A DNA stretch of 63,288 nt, counting the filler. It is 5 parts of 5 records of this genome, joined end to end, with 100 filler letters (N's around TTAATTAATTAA, not from the genome) between each part and the next. Parts side by side here need not be neighbours in the genome. Positions count along the whole stretch, not along the records: positions 1 to 29,747 come from SRR31156797_674; positions 29,848 to 41,689 come from SRR31156797_675; 3 more parts are not named here. The stretch is one strand, 5' to 3'. Numbering within the stretch: position 1 is the stretch's first letter; every line of letters begins with the position of its first letter. The position numbers and the translations under genes are program-made. Shown here piece by piece: positions 23,201-32,320 of the stretch. Below the pieces are notes generated by a model. The model did not search any database, was not told the origin of the DNA, and saw only the letters and a program-made list of their open reading frames with translations.

Positions 23201-26200
23201 AGAAGTTATTACTTCAATTCATGATCTTGAAATGACACAAGTAATTACTTCAATTGTGGATGAATGTACGAGACCACTACCTTATAATATAGAATTTGAG
23301 ATTACAAATAGGGGAGAAGAGCACTATGGTGTAGGAGAAGAAATTCCTGTTGCTTTTAAATTAAATAATGATGAGCCGATTTTAGATACAATTGTTATTG
23401 CAGATAGCCTGCATATTGATAGCTCTATTATCTATACATTTGGAACATCTGTTGATTTAAGTTATCCGAGATTGCATACTTTATTAGTTTATGCCAATAA
23501 TGAGAAAGATCTTAATAGATCTGATGATACCATTACTATAATAGCAAACACATGGGGAATTCCAATGCCTGCATTTAGTGGTGATACTATATTTACAAGT
23601 CAGGTTGATACATTATTATTGGATGCTGGTGAAGGATTTGATTCTTACCAATGGGAAGATTTAACAGATACAAGGTATTATGATGTGACTAGTAATGTAA
23701 GTCAATGGTATTCTGTTGCAGTCGATGATGTGAATGGATGCGGTCCTGGAACTGATTCTATTTTTGTGAGCACTAATGATTTATATGTTACTCAATTAAT
23801 GGATCCTGTGACTGCTTGTGAGAATTCTTCTGCCCTACAACCAATTGTGCGCTTATATAATAATAGCGGAAATACAATTTCTGCCGGAGAAACTGTCACA
23901 TTCAATTTTGCAGTTGATGAGGGTAATGTTTATACCGATGTACTTACAGTCAATACAGATTTTGAAGGTGAAACATATAGAAATTTCACTCTCTTATCAA
24001 ATTATGATTTTTCAGATACCGGAGATTATGACGTTAAGGTTTGGATTAATTTCTTGAATGATGCTAATGCTAATAATGACACTATTTTTGAAAGCATTCG
24101 CACAAAGGGTTATCCAGATGTTGAATTTGAACAAGATACAATATTTACCCTTGATGCTGATACATTAATTTTTGATGCAGGAGATAATTTCGCCAGTTAT
24201 TTATGGCAAAATGGATCAACTAATCAGACCTTTAATGTGATTTCTGAAAAGAGTGCACTTTATTCTGTGACTGTAAGTAATGAGGATGGGTGTGGTGTAG
24301 ATTCTGATTCAATACTTGTACTGGCTTATGATATTAAGCTAGATGATCTTAACAAGCCTGAGAACAGTTGCGAATTGTCTGAAAATCAACAGATAAGGTT
24401 AAGACTTAGGAATAATGGTAAGGATTCATTAAAATCAGGAGATATCATACCCGCTAGATTTAAGGTAAATGAATTAAGTTGGGTGAATGAGGATATTATA
24501 ATAGATGGAAATGTGGCACCAGGTCAATTATTTTTTGTTGCATTTAGTCAAACTGTTGACATGAGTGGTTTTGGTGTTTATTCAATTGATGTTGAGGTAA
24601 ACTTTCCTCTTGATGCAAGATTAACGAATAATACTGGAAATTATATTGTTGAAGCATATGGCTATCCTGAATTTGAATTGAATTATTATGCAGTAAGTAC
24701 TACTCAACCTGACACAGTAACGCTTATTGTAACACCTTCAAATTTTGCAGGCTATTTGTGGAATGTAGGAGTCAATAATGATACGCTTCCACTTGTCGGA
24801 TATGATGAGCCGTGGTATTCTGTAACTGTATCTAACATTTATGGTTGTACAACTGCTGATTCAACTTTTGTAAATACCAGTAATTTAACTTTAACGCAAT
24901 TATTAGAACCAGTAAATGAATGTCAGCACTCTACTGCTGAAAATGTTTCACTAAGATTTGTTAACTCAGGTTCAGATACGATTCCTGCTGGTACTCAAAT
25001 TACAATGAGCATTCAGGAGCCAATTATTATTGATGAGATTTTAACATTATCTACTCAGTTAGTGCCGGGTGATTCTATTGACTATACCTTTACACACACG
25101 ATAGATATTAGTGCTGTCCAAGTGCATAGTGTGACTGTTGTAATTGACGCTGATTTCGATTCGCAACCCAGTGATAATATTATTGAAGCAACTATTGAAA
25201 CCTATGGTCCGGCAGATATTGAGCTTGGAAATGAAATAACTGTTAATACACTGCCTTATGTGTTGGATGCAGGTTCTGGTTTTGAAACTTACTTGTGGCA
25301 TGATAATTCTGAAGAGCAAACATTTGAGATTACTTCATCTAATATTACCCCTGATGGATTATACAGTGTAACAGTAACCAATAACTTAGGTTGCGAGGGA
25401 AGTGATAGTAGAAGAGTAAATGTTGAAATTATTGATTGGGCTGCTGATGAAATAATATCACCATTTGATGGTTGCCTCAGTGAACAGACTGAGGGAGTTG
25501 TAGTGCAGATTAGCAATCAAAGTGAAGTTCCTGTAAGACCAGGTCGATCATTCTTTGTGAGTTATACACTGAATGCTGGTGATGAAATAACTGAAACTTT
25601 TGTTACTGCTGATTCTATATATCCAACAAGTAGTTTTGAGTATAATTTCAGTCTGATCCCAGATTATCAGCTTAATAGTTCAAATGTTATTCAGTTAAGT
25701 TTAGATAATGCAGATGATATTAATACATCAAATGATGAAGCAACCAAATCATTTACAATAAACGACCCTGAATTTGAATATCCTGTGGATACATTATATC
25801 CTGAGAGTTTCCCATATGAGATTATTGCTCCTGATGGGTTTGTTACTTATAGCTGGAGTACTGGAGATAACTCTCAAACTACAATTGTGAATACTTTTGG
25901 TTGGTATACATTAACTATTTCAGATGATGGTGGATGTTTTGGAACTGATTCTGTGTATGTGGCAGATCCAAATAGTTTAAGCATGATTGAGAAAGGTGAT
26001 TTTGCAATTTGGCCAAACCCCGCACAAGATGAGGTATTTATTCAATTGAAAGATAATGGTGGTAGATATATTGTGGAATTTGTCTCAATGACAGGTTCTG
26101 TTGCTTATCATGAAGAAAAAGAATTGATAGGAGGAACACCGATTTCAATTCCAATTAGTCAAATAGCAGAAGGCGTTTACATTGTGAAGATATACAATGA

Positions 26201-26240
26201 TAAGTCCTATACTTATCGTAACTTTATAATAAGGCGATAA
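20202..26240 (+). CDS. Giant T9SS type A CTD protein: jelly-roll/MAM-like domains, then alternating CARDB-like and small Ig-like modules
   Basis: Signal peptide, F.DDFE...W / GWNIDD.. jelly-roll motifs, repeated LDAG..Y.W...Y.VTV...GC..DS units, and C-terminal IWPNPA...GVYIVK CTD. Confidence 0.85.
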   Translation: MRILLLITATIVMFLNQIHAQTYFYEDFEYEGDMPLNWTQETINENFYWRASPGGHTVTPEVPGSRRPPAAYEGEYNAMFEKLTLTNAVTRLITPEIDLSFAIKAQLKFYHAQYERCLISGGCNNDQLRVYFKYTDELENETWVLLRTYTDEVPEWTLRTINIPDSANQEGFQLAFEGLTGPGWGTCIDSVAIEENGLISRYISEVDVVQPSESYVPAGSLNNPILRVDITVKGNQNEIILDSLQVNSLNDEGISLAANGLKLYATQDTVFRDPVQIGVDGNFVNDEFLFVGLDHELSTGSSSIWVTYDLPESISSDLHGLKLDAYIPQGGIKVGGGNYPAVDQSPEGFRELFESLFVDDFETNKNWTFIGEFEWDEPEGRGGVDYGFPDPDYAHSGNNVIGTDLTGMGSRDGDYENSLGKDAYQAISPLINTEYYAEMNLQFYRWLNIELFDTARIYYALNGSDNWVQLWSNQGVIVEDEWNSNPLDLPEVTDFASSIRFKFTIGGTDLFSTYSGWNIDDLSLVGNYITYDLKPVEYVGPLCNCSHDENENITVKVSNLGANDASNIPIGFSFDDGVTWTMDTIASTIASGDTIEYTFNKVADFSEGGWYHIWIKTFYDDEELPGNDLMTRDQFMPYQVEPPYQTAFNSNTDYWNTWDGTTAWEWGIPFDAVINEQVSGNKVYATKLGANYQINQNSLLEGPCFDFTSMIQPIIECRVWGQVADVNDGLTLMYSSDGGDTWQPVPGTTYYDWNWYDNATPNPPSVPGWNFSSTDWVDMKTVLPASFTSFEYIKIGFLFTSDEIDNDEGFAIDDIKVYEAPFNISVSSLEYPETNCELPDTTHVKVRIENTGPNTIPAGSQFPLKLKWQDRFIVTDTLTLASDLSAGSFTNLLFSETVPMDSAGMYNFEIINLGESKPLFYGPSDDTLIASVEVNGMPRYNPFAPITGKSVGFVSLDAGSDYSTYAWSTGYDQQVLQAFIDGIYKVTVTNAVGCTATDSTEVITSIHDLEMTQVITSIVDECTRPLPYNIEFEITNRGEEHYGVGEEIPVAFKLNNDEPILDTIVIADSLHIDSSIIYTFGTSVDLSYPRLHTLLVYANNEKDLNRSDDTITIIANTWGIPMPAFSGDTIFTSQVDTLLLDAGEGFDSYQWEDLTDTRYYDVTSNVSQWYSVAVDDVNGCGPGTDSIFVSTNDLYVTQLMDPVTACENSSALQPIVRLYNNSGNTISAGETVTFNFAVDEGNVYTDVLTVNTDFEGETYRNFTLLSNYDFSDTGDYDVKVWINFLNDANANNDTIFESIRTKGYPDVEFEQDTIFTLDADTLIFDAGDNFASYLWQNGSTNQTFNVISEKSALYSVTVSNEDGCGVDSDSILVLAYDIKLDDLNKPENSCELSENQQIRLRLRNNGKDSLKSGDIIPARFKVNELSWVNEDIIIDGNVAPGQLFFVAFSQTVDMSGFGVYSIDVEVNFPLDARLTNNTGNYIVEAYGYPEFELNYYAVSTTQPDTVTLIVTPSNFAGYLWNVGVNNDTLPLVGYDEPWYSVTVSNIYGCTTADSTFVNTSNLTLTQLLEPVNECQHSTAENVSLRFVNSGSDTIPAGTQITMSIQEPIIIDEILTLSTQLVPGDSIDYTFTHTIDISAVQVHSVTVVIDADFDSQPSDNIIEATIETYGPADIELGNEITVNTLPYVLDAGSGFETYLWHDNSEEQTFEITSSNITPDGLYSVTVTNNLGCEGSDSRRVNVEIIDWAADEIISPFDGCLSEQTEGVVVQISNQSEVPVRPGRSFFVSYTLNAGDEITETFVTADSIYPTSSFEYNFSLIPDYQLNSSNVIQLSLDNADDINTSNDEATKSFTINDPEFEYPVDTLYPESFPYEIIAPDGFVTYSWSTGDNSQTTIVNTFGWYTLTISDDGGCFGTDSVYVADPNSLSMIEKGDFAIWPNPAQDEVFIQLKDNGGRYIVEFVSMTGSVAYHEEKELIGGTPISIPISQIAEGVYIVKIYNDKSYTYRNFIIRR

Positions 26241-26251
26241 GTAATTATTGA

Positions 26252-26294
26252 TAAAACAAAAGAGCTATCGGATTCTGATAGCTCTTTTGTTTTA
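26252..26294. terminator. Bidirectional intrinsic terminator between convergent genes
   Basis: TAAAACAAAAGAGCTATC / GATAGCTCTTTTGTTTTA perfect 18-bp inverted repeat. Confidence 0.9.
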
Positions 26295-26309
26295 CGTTAA
26301 TATTTTTTA

Positions 26310-27761
26310 TTAGAAACGGAATCCAATGGTTCCAATAATTTTAGACATTTTTGAATCAATACTTGCTTTAGAATAATTTACTACACCATTTCCTGAAGAA
26401 TATTCATATAGGTTATATTTAAAATTCTCCATTGTTCTGCTATAGGCAATATCAAAATAATATGAACCGGAACGGAAGCCAATGCCAGCAGAATATCCAA
26501 GTTGGTAGTTATTTTTGTTAAAAAGGTCATTTTCATATGGTGAAGCGTAATAATAACCACCTGCTCTAAGTGCAAGCATTGCTATTTTATACTCAGCTCC
26601 TAATTTAAATGAGTGTGTTGCTTTGTAGAAGTTTGAAATATCTGAATTTATATCTGAAAATGAATCACCAGATGATGATATTTGTGCTGAGCTGTAATCT
26701 ATAAATTCGTAATCAATTCCGATAATGGCTGTTTTCATTATGAGAAAAGAAGCTCCACCCATAAGTCTGAAAGGAGTTAATATATTATATTCAGGAAATG
26801 TTACAGAGGATGACTTAGAATAATTACCACTTTCAAGTTCATATGCTAAATCATCTGATAATTCATCTGCAAGCTTATACGTTGTCGGGGTGTGAATTGC
26901 AGCAGCAAGTTTTAACCAATATATTGGGGCATAAATTATACCTGCTTTAAAGTTTGCTCCCATTCCTCTTGTAGTTAAAGATTGTGAGTAATCAAAATAG
27001 TTTAGATAGTTATCATTAGTGGGTGTTGAAGTTTCTGTAAACTCTAATGTTCTATTTAAATAAATACTTTGTACTCCTAAAGTTGCTCCAATATAAATAT
27101 CATCCATAAAATTAGCAGCAAATGAAAGGTAATATTCTCCAATGCCACCTTTTTCTGTAAAATAACCTTCCTGAAATGCTCCATAACCTCCATTTAAGTA
27201 ATCATGCGTCCATCCATTATCATCATATATAAGTGGCTCTGGTTCATCATAGGAATTTCTGAAAAATAAATACATGTCAGTACTGTTGGGATTTACAATA
27301 CCTGCATCCAGAAAACTATTATTGTTGTTGATACTTTCAATTCCAAATGCACGATTAAAAGTATGAATTTGGTTATATCCAATTGCAAATGTCCAGGAAT
27401 TTGGACCCTCGCCACTTTGCAAGTTTCTATAATTTGGAGAGCTTAATGCTACACCAAAAGTTGGCATGTTCATACGATAATGATGAGTAGGTAAATCAGT
27501 ACCCAAATAAGATCCGATTGTTTTATTTAGGTTTCCCGCTACAGAAAAACTGAAATCACTTCCTCTGTAAAGACCAATACCAGCCGGGTTTGTTGTTGCT
27601 GAAGATAAATCTCCACCCAATGCAGTAAATGCACCACCCATTGCTGTGTACCTTGCACTACCTTCATGATGCCAGCGAGATAAAATTAGGGCATCATCTG
27701 CAATTTGAGCCACTGCTTGTTGTGAAACAATGGCCAATAAAATTATGATAACTCTTTTCAT
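26310..27761 (-). CDS. OmpP1/FadL-family outer-membrane beta-barrel
   Basis: GSARYTAMGGAFTALGGDLS...NPAG motif, alternating beta-strands, terminal F. Confidence 0.85.
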   Translation of the reverse strand: MKRVIIILLAIVSQQAVAQIADDALILSRWHHEGSARYTAMGGAFTALGGDLSSATTNPAGIGLYRGSDFSFSVAGNLNKTIGSYLGTDLPTHHYRMNMPTFGVALSSPNYRNLQSGEGPNSWTFAIGYNQIHTFNRAFGIESINNNNSFLDAGIVNPNSTDMYLFFRNSYDEPEPLIYDDNGWTHDYLNGGYGAFQEGYFTEKGGIGEYYLSFAANFMDDIYIGATLGVQSIYLNRTLEFTETSTPTNDNYLNYFDYSQSLTTRGMGANFKAGIIYAPIYWLKLAAAIHTPTTYKLADELSDDLAYELESGNYSKSSSVTFPEYNILTPFRLMGGASFLIMKTAIIGIDYEFIDYSSAQISSSGDSFSDINSDISNFYKATHSFKLGAEYKIAMLALRAGGYYYASPYENDLFNKNNYQLGYSAGIGFRSGSYYFDIAYSRTMENFKYNLYEYSSGNGVVNYSKASIDSKMSKIIGTIGFRF

Positions 27762-27842
27762 CCGTATTAATATTTAGCTAATTAGAAGAAACAGCCCCTT
27801 TTTTATGGAGCTTGTTTCATCTGTTAAATTTTATTAATCAAA

Positions 27843-29462
27843 TTATCGTCTTCTTGGCGAGCTACTTGAACTTCTGCTTCCAGAACTTCTATTGCTACTA
27901 CCTGATGAACTTCTATTCAAACTGCTTCTACCTGAAGATGAACTTCTGTTAACAGAACTCCTTCTATTAGTTGATGAGCTGCTTTTATTATAATTGCTAG
28001 TATTTCTTGAATTAGAATTATAATTTGAATTTGATTTTGTTCTACTGTTTCTAATAGTAGAGCTATTTCTGTTATTATTTGAAGAGCTTCTTGGTGCAGT
28101 ATATCTGCTGTTTGAATAACTATTGTTGGTTGTTGTAGGTGATTTGTAGCGACTGTTATTATATGAATTTCTAACATTAGTACGAGCGTTTCTTCTTTCA
28201 ACGTCCGATAGGTTAATCGTTTTATTGTTTCTAATCAATGCATTATTCCTACTAACATTATTAGAAATTCTTGTGTTTATTTTTGATCTGCTACTTGGGT
28301 TTGCCTCGCTTGAAGGTCGCGTTAATCTTGGTTTTACAGTTGATGTATTGTTAGATCCGGTCAATGTATTGCCGGAACCTGTTAACATAGAACCTGTTCT
28401 GGGCTTATTAGTTAAAGCAGAACCGTTAGTAGTAGTGTTATTATTCCCGGTTCCTGAAAGGGTTGTGTTTCCGGAAAGATTCGAAGTTTGCCTTGGTTTA
28501 ACGGAAAGTGCACTATTGTTTGTGTTTCCATTTCCAGTATTCGAATTACCACCTACAGTTGTTCCTCCACCTAATCCCGAAAGGTTTGAATTTTCCTTTG
28601 GCTTATTGGTAACTGCTGATGAACTTCCACTTGATGTTGTGGTATTAACAGGATAATTGCCATCTCCGGTTAGCGTACTATTTTCTCTTGGTTTGCCTGC
28701 AACTGCAGAGCTGGAACCTATTGTAGTTGAACTAGGGTTTCCACCGCCACTGTAACTACTGGATCCACCACCTGCACCTGAATAGTGATTGATGCCACCT
28801 CTGCGGTTCCATGTGTTTGTGTAGTAATTACTACCACCATAGTAACCACCGTAATATCCTCCATAATATCCATCATAATACCCATGGTGATATCCTAGCC
28901 AGTAAGAACCCGGCCAGTACCATGATGCATAGTAGCCTCCATAATAAGGGTATCCCCATCCATAACCGTAAGGATAACCCCAGCCATAATATCCACCTCC
29001 CCAGCCATATCCAAAGCCAAATCCAAAGCTAAGGCTCCAGTTATGGTGTCCATAATAGGTAAACCCTCCATATGGATAATAACCTGGTGCATAATAATGA
29101 CTATACCATGGATCAAAGTAAGGGTCTCTTATGTAATATGGATCGTAGATATAAACATCATGAAAAGTTCTTAACCTTGTTCTGTAGTCCATCACAACAT
29201 AATCCTCGTTGTTTTTATTTTGTTGATAACTTTCTACATATCCGTCGTAAGATTCCCCATTTTGATGCTTCAAATCGGACTTTTTTTCTACAATTCCATT
29301 CTGTGATGATTCATTTTCCTCAACACTTTCTTTTCGCTCATCAGGCGGAATATAATATAAATCATCCATGTAGGCAGTTTGCTTCAATCCCGTGCAGGAA
29401 CTAAGCAGCGCCATCGTAAGAAATGCTAAAAATATACGTATCATAATGAACTCCTTTCTCAT
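27843..29462 (-). CDS. Largely disordered lipoprotein (Tyr/Gly/Trp-rich, then Ser/Asn/Arg-rich)
   Basis: Lipobox LSS-C, YMDDLYY motif, low-complexity segments; sits between proS and the FadL-like gene. Confidence 0.8.
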   Translation of the reverse strand: MRKEFIMIRIFLAFLTMALLSSCTGLKQTAYMDDLYYIPPDERKESVEENESSQNGIVEKKSDLKHQNGESYDGYVESYQQNKNNEDYVVMDYRTRLRTFHDVYIYDPYYIRDPYFDPWYSHYYAPGYYPYGGFTYYGHHNWSLSFGFGFGYGWGGGYYGWGYPYGYGWGYPYYGGYYASWYWPGSYWLGYHHGYYDGYYGGYYGGYYGGSNYYTNTWNRRGGINHYSGAGGGSSSYSGGGNPSSTTIGSSSAVAGKPRENSTLTGDGNYPVNTTTSSGSSSAVTNKPKENSNLSGLGGGTTVGGNSNTGNGNTNNSALSVKPRQTSNLSGNTTLSGTGNNNTTTNGSALTNKPRTGSMLTGSGNTLTGSNNTSTVKPRLTRPSSEANPSSRSKINTRISNNVSRNNALIRNNKTINLSDVERRNARTNVRNSYNNSRYKSPTTTNNSYSNSRYTAPRSSSNNNRNSSTIRNSRTKSNSNYNSNSRNTSNYNKSSSSTNRRSSVNRSSSSGRSSLNRSSSGSSNRSSGSRSSSSSPRRR

Positions 29463-29601
29463 TAACTGTTCAGATAAAAGTAACCTATTCTACCTATTTA
29501 TACAAACTTCAAGGGTGTTAAGTTTCAAAATATGCTAATAATGTGTTTCTTTGTACCCTGATTTAAAACTATAAAATAACTACAAATATTATACTAAAAT
29601 C

Positions 29602-29747
29602 ATGGCAAAAGTACTTACATCACGTAAAGAAAACTATGCCCAGTGGTATAACGACCTGGTAATCAAGGCTGGTTTGGCAGAAAATTCAGCTGTAAGAGGA
29701 TCAATGGTTATTAAACCTTATGGTTATGCTATTTGGGAAAAAATGCA
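29602..29747 (+). CDS. proS: Prolyl-tRNA synthetase (archaeal/eukaryotic type), truncated at the contig end
   Basis: [42 protein letters not shown]. Confidence 0.93.
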
Positions 29748-29847
29748 NNNNNNNNNNNNNNNNNNNNNNNNNNNNNNNNNNNNNNNNNNNNTTAATTAAT
29801 TAANNNNNNNNNNNNNNNNNNNNNNNNNNNNNNNNNNNNNNNNNNNN
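29748..29847. other. Artificial contig linker
   Basis: N44-TTAATTAATTAA-N44, with stops in all six frames. Confidence 0.99.
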
Positions 29848-29996
29848 TTCAGTTTACTTCATTTTGATCTGGGTACTACGAGTATTCAATATCTCGCTTT
29901 GACAGCAAAAATCGGTGCAATCATATGTATACAGGTCCTGCTATGTCATTATCTTTTTGAAGTATCCTTTTCTCAAGGTATTCTTCCTGGCTTATC

Positions 29997-30227
29997 TCAC
30001 CATTCACCTTTCAGGATTACCAGGTCAATCATTATCACGTTGGAGGCTTCGAATACAGTGCGATCTGGATAAGGACCAGATCCAATAGGTTGCCATTTAA
30101 GATAGTTAAAGGATTCTATCCCTTTCAAATCGGATGACAAGCCACCAAGATTTTCGATAGATCCATAATAGTTCTGTATTACTTTTCCGATGTTGGCAGA
30201 AGTAAGAACACTTGGATAATTATGCAT
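29997..30227 (-). pseudogene. Truncated hypothetical protein fragment
   Basis: ATG directly after the upstream TAA. Protein-like IGSGPYPDRTVFEASN.IM.DLVILKG ends abruptly where a SHOCT-like stretch begins in another frame. Confidence 0.4.
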
Positions 30228-30608
30228 TTACAACTCCAAGTTCCTTATACGTCTTAAACCATCGAGGAACTGACTCTTTCCTCCATTTGTTGGGTGACGG
30301 TTGTAGCCGGCTATAATCGAGATGGACCGTAAAGTTTCCTGGACTTTTTTACCTATTGCCCAAATCTGATGGTCTCTCTCAAAAAGCTCGATGTATTTCA
30401 GCAAATAGCTTTTTCCAATCTCCAATTCATTATCTTTTAGAGTTCTATTGCTCTCGGTATCATCTTCATTGTGATGATGGAAGCGAAAGGCATTCCACAT
30501 GATCGGGAATACACCAATGTCGTTGAATCTATTCCAGAAGATTGATGCAGATAGCTCTTTCTGGATTCCCGCAGCTTGAAAGGGATTGTCTGGGAAAACA
30601 ATGCTCAT
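30228..30608 (-). pseudogene. C-terminal fragment of a uracil-DNA-glycosylase-like superfamily protein
   Basis: E.SA...W, WNAFRFHHH (family WNAFPFHPH), SNRT...E...G..YL, AIGKK and RHPTNGG...F..GL motifs. The N-terminal motif is missing. Confidence 0.6.
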
Positions 30609-30982
30609 CAGGTGGAATGTCTCATTGAAGATATACTCGCTGGTAAAGAGAACTCCTATGACGGCACCCCTTATTTCCTGAAGCTACGCCTTGCATTCCT
30701 GAATTCCACTCTTCGCGACTACTTCCTTCCAGAACCATTGAGTATCGAGTTCTGGAAAGAAAATAATGAGACTATATCAACCGGGATTGCCTATTAATGA
30801 ATTCGCACCCAAATCAAGGGTCACAACGTATCAAAAGTTTGGGTTTGAGATTGTTGGGAAGGGAAATGATATGTGGCTATTGATCATATCTTTCTATTGT
30901 AATTCAATCTTTATATAGAAAAGAAATATATTCAGATGGAAACTTTTTGATGAATCAAATGCTGCCCATTATATCTTCAATG

Positions 30983-32173
30983 TCAGATATCGTTGATTTC
31001 CAAACGGAGAATCTTCGAGTAGATTACCTGTCTGTTCATCAGGCAGGCGCCACGAGAGGGTGACACATCCTGATCGTAATACCAGGCGATATCCCCCGGT
31101 CCCTGTTGCCATGTCCTGGTTCTTAATAGAGGCAGGAACTCCGACTCCAGGCGCTCCTGCCATGGGGCTATGCTCTTTCCCCCTATGACGAGTCCGGAAC
31201 AGTCAAAGATATCCACCAGGATTCGGCACAGATTCAATAGGATATTCTGAATATGTCTGTACAGATCCTCATAGACCGCACTGTTTCGATCAACATCTGT
31301 CAGGTTATCGACTTCTTCAGGGGCGTAGCTGTTGTAGTAATCCAAAATCTTCTGGTAATGAAGATCGTGTTCGATACAGTTTTTCTGACCACAGAAGCAT
31401 CCAGTATCGGATAGAAGTGATTCTCCGAAATACGGTATATGCCCGATCTCCCCCGCCAGGCCCCTATTTCCCTGAATAAACTGATTTTTCTCCTTGGCCG
31501 CCATGCCAACGCCGTCAGCAATATGGAGCATTACATAGGAGCTATTATCAATCTCCAGTCGGTGCTGAATATCCGTCGCCCGGGCCTGTATATCATGTAC
31601 CAGATTGACAGCCCGAACATGAGGAAAAAGATGGTAGAAGGTATTGAAGTCCAAGGATTGGATCTTATGATGCTTAGGAGTCTGAAGCCATATCAGGTTA
31701 TTCCGATCTAAGGCACCGGTTAAGGCAAATTGCAGAGTATAGACAGATTTCTCGCTCAGGGAAAATTCTTTCAGGAACTCCCGAATCCGGGATTCGATCA
31801 TTGAGACTGCGTTGTCATTCCCCAACACAATTCCATGAAGATACTCCTTGATCCTGATCACTTTTCCATTCTGACTAGACAGAGTGATTGACAGACCCTC
31901 CACGGCCACCTCAATCCCCATGATCAGAAAGCGCTCCCTGCTGAATCCATAACGACTGCTGCGGGGACCGGGCTTCCCTCCCCCGTTGGTGCTGTACCGG
32001 GAGATTAACCCCATTTGCTCCAGAAAGTTTATGCTTTCGCTGCAGGTACCCCAGGATATGCCCGTAGATCTTTGGATTTCTCGCTTCGTTTGAAAATCTA
32101 AACTCATCGCCTTCAGTATATGCAGGAGAGTATCATGCTTCATCTTCTTGAATGTGATAAGATTTTTTCCCAT
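30983..32173 (-). CDS. ROK family transcriptional regulator
   Basis: N-terminal wHTH (TKREIQRSTGISWGTCS...L...GLI, GPRS), GNRGLAGEIGH and CFCGQKNCIE zinc motif. The start is probably 32173 or 32143 rather than 32281. Confidence 0.88.
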   Translation of the reverse strand: MGKNLITFKKMKHDTLLHILKAMSLDFQTKREIQRSTGISWGTCSESINFLEQMGLISRYSTNGGGKPGPRSSRYGFSRERFLIMGIEVAVEGLSITLSSQNGKVIRIKEYLHGIVLGNDNAVSMIESRIREFLKEFSLSEKSVYTLQFALTGALDRNNLIWLQTPKHHKIQSLDFNTFYHLFPHVRAVNLVHDIQARATDIQHRLEIDNSSYVMLHIADGVGMAAKEKNQFIQGNRGLAGEIGHIPYFGESLLSDTGCFCGQKNCIEHDLHYQKILDYYNSYAPEEVDNLTDVDRNSAVYEDLYRHIQNILLNLCRILVDIFDCSGLVIGGKSIAPWQERLESEFLPLLRTRTWQQGPGDIAWYYDQDVSPSRGACLMNRQVIYSKILRLEINDI

Positions 32174-32320
32174 ACAGTGGATATCAGAACCTTTGTAACT
32201 TACTTTCTCGTAGCATGTTGTAAAATCAAAATTTATATTACTGCTTATTATTATATCTCTTTTCTGATCTGTACAGATCAAATAAGAAAAAAAAACCTGC
32301 GGTATGTTGATTCAAATGCC

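Noticed and set aside
29792..29803. TTAATTAATTAA palindrome recurring four times as a biological repeat
   Set aside because: It is always centred in N-runs of fixed length, so it is a synthetic all-frame-stop linker.
30225..30230. In-frame TAA-ATG as stop-codon readthrough or recoding
   Set aside because: The upstream ORF ends at the natural C-terminus of the UDG-like fold, and other genes on the contig use standard stops.
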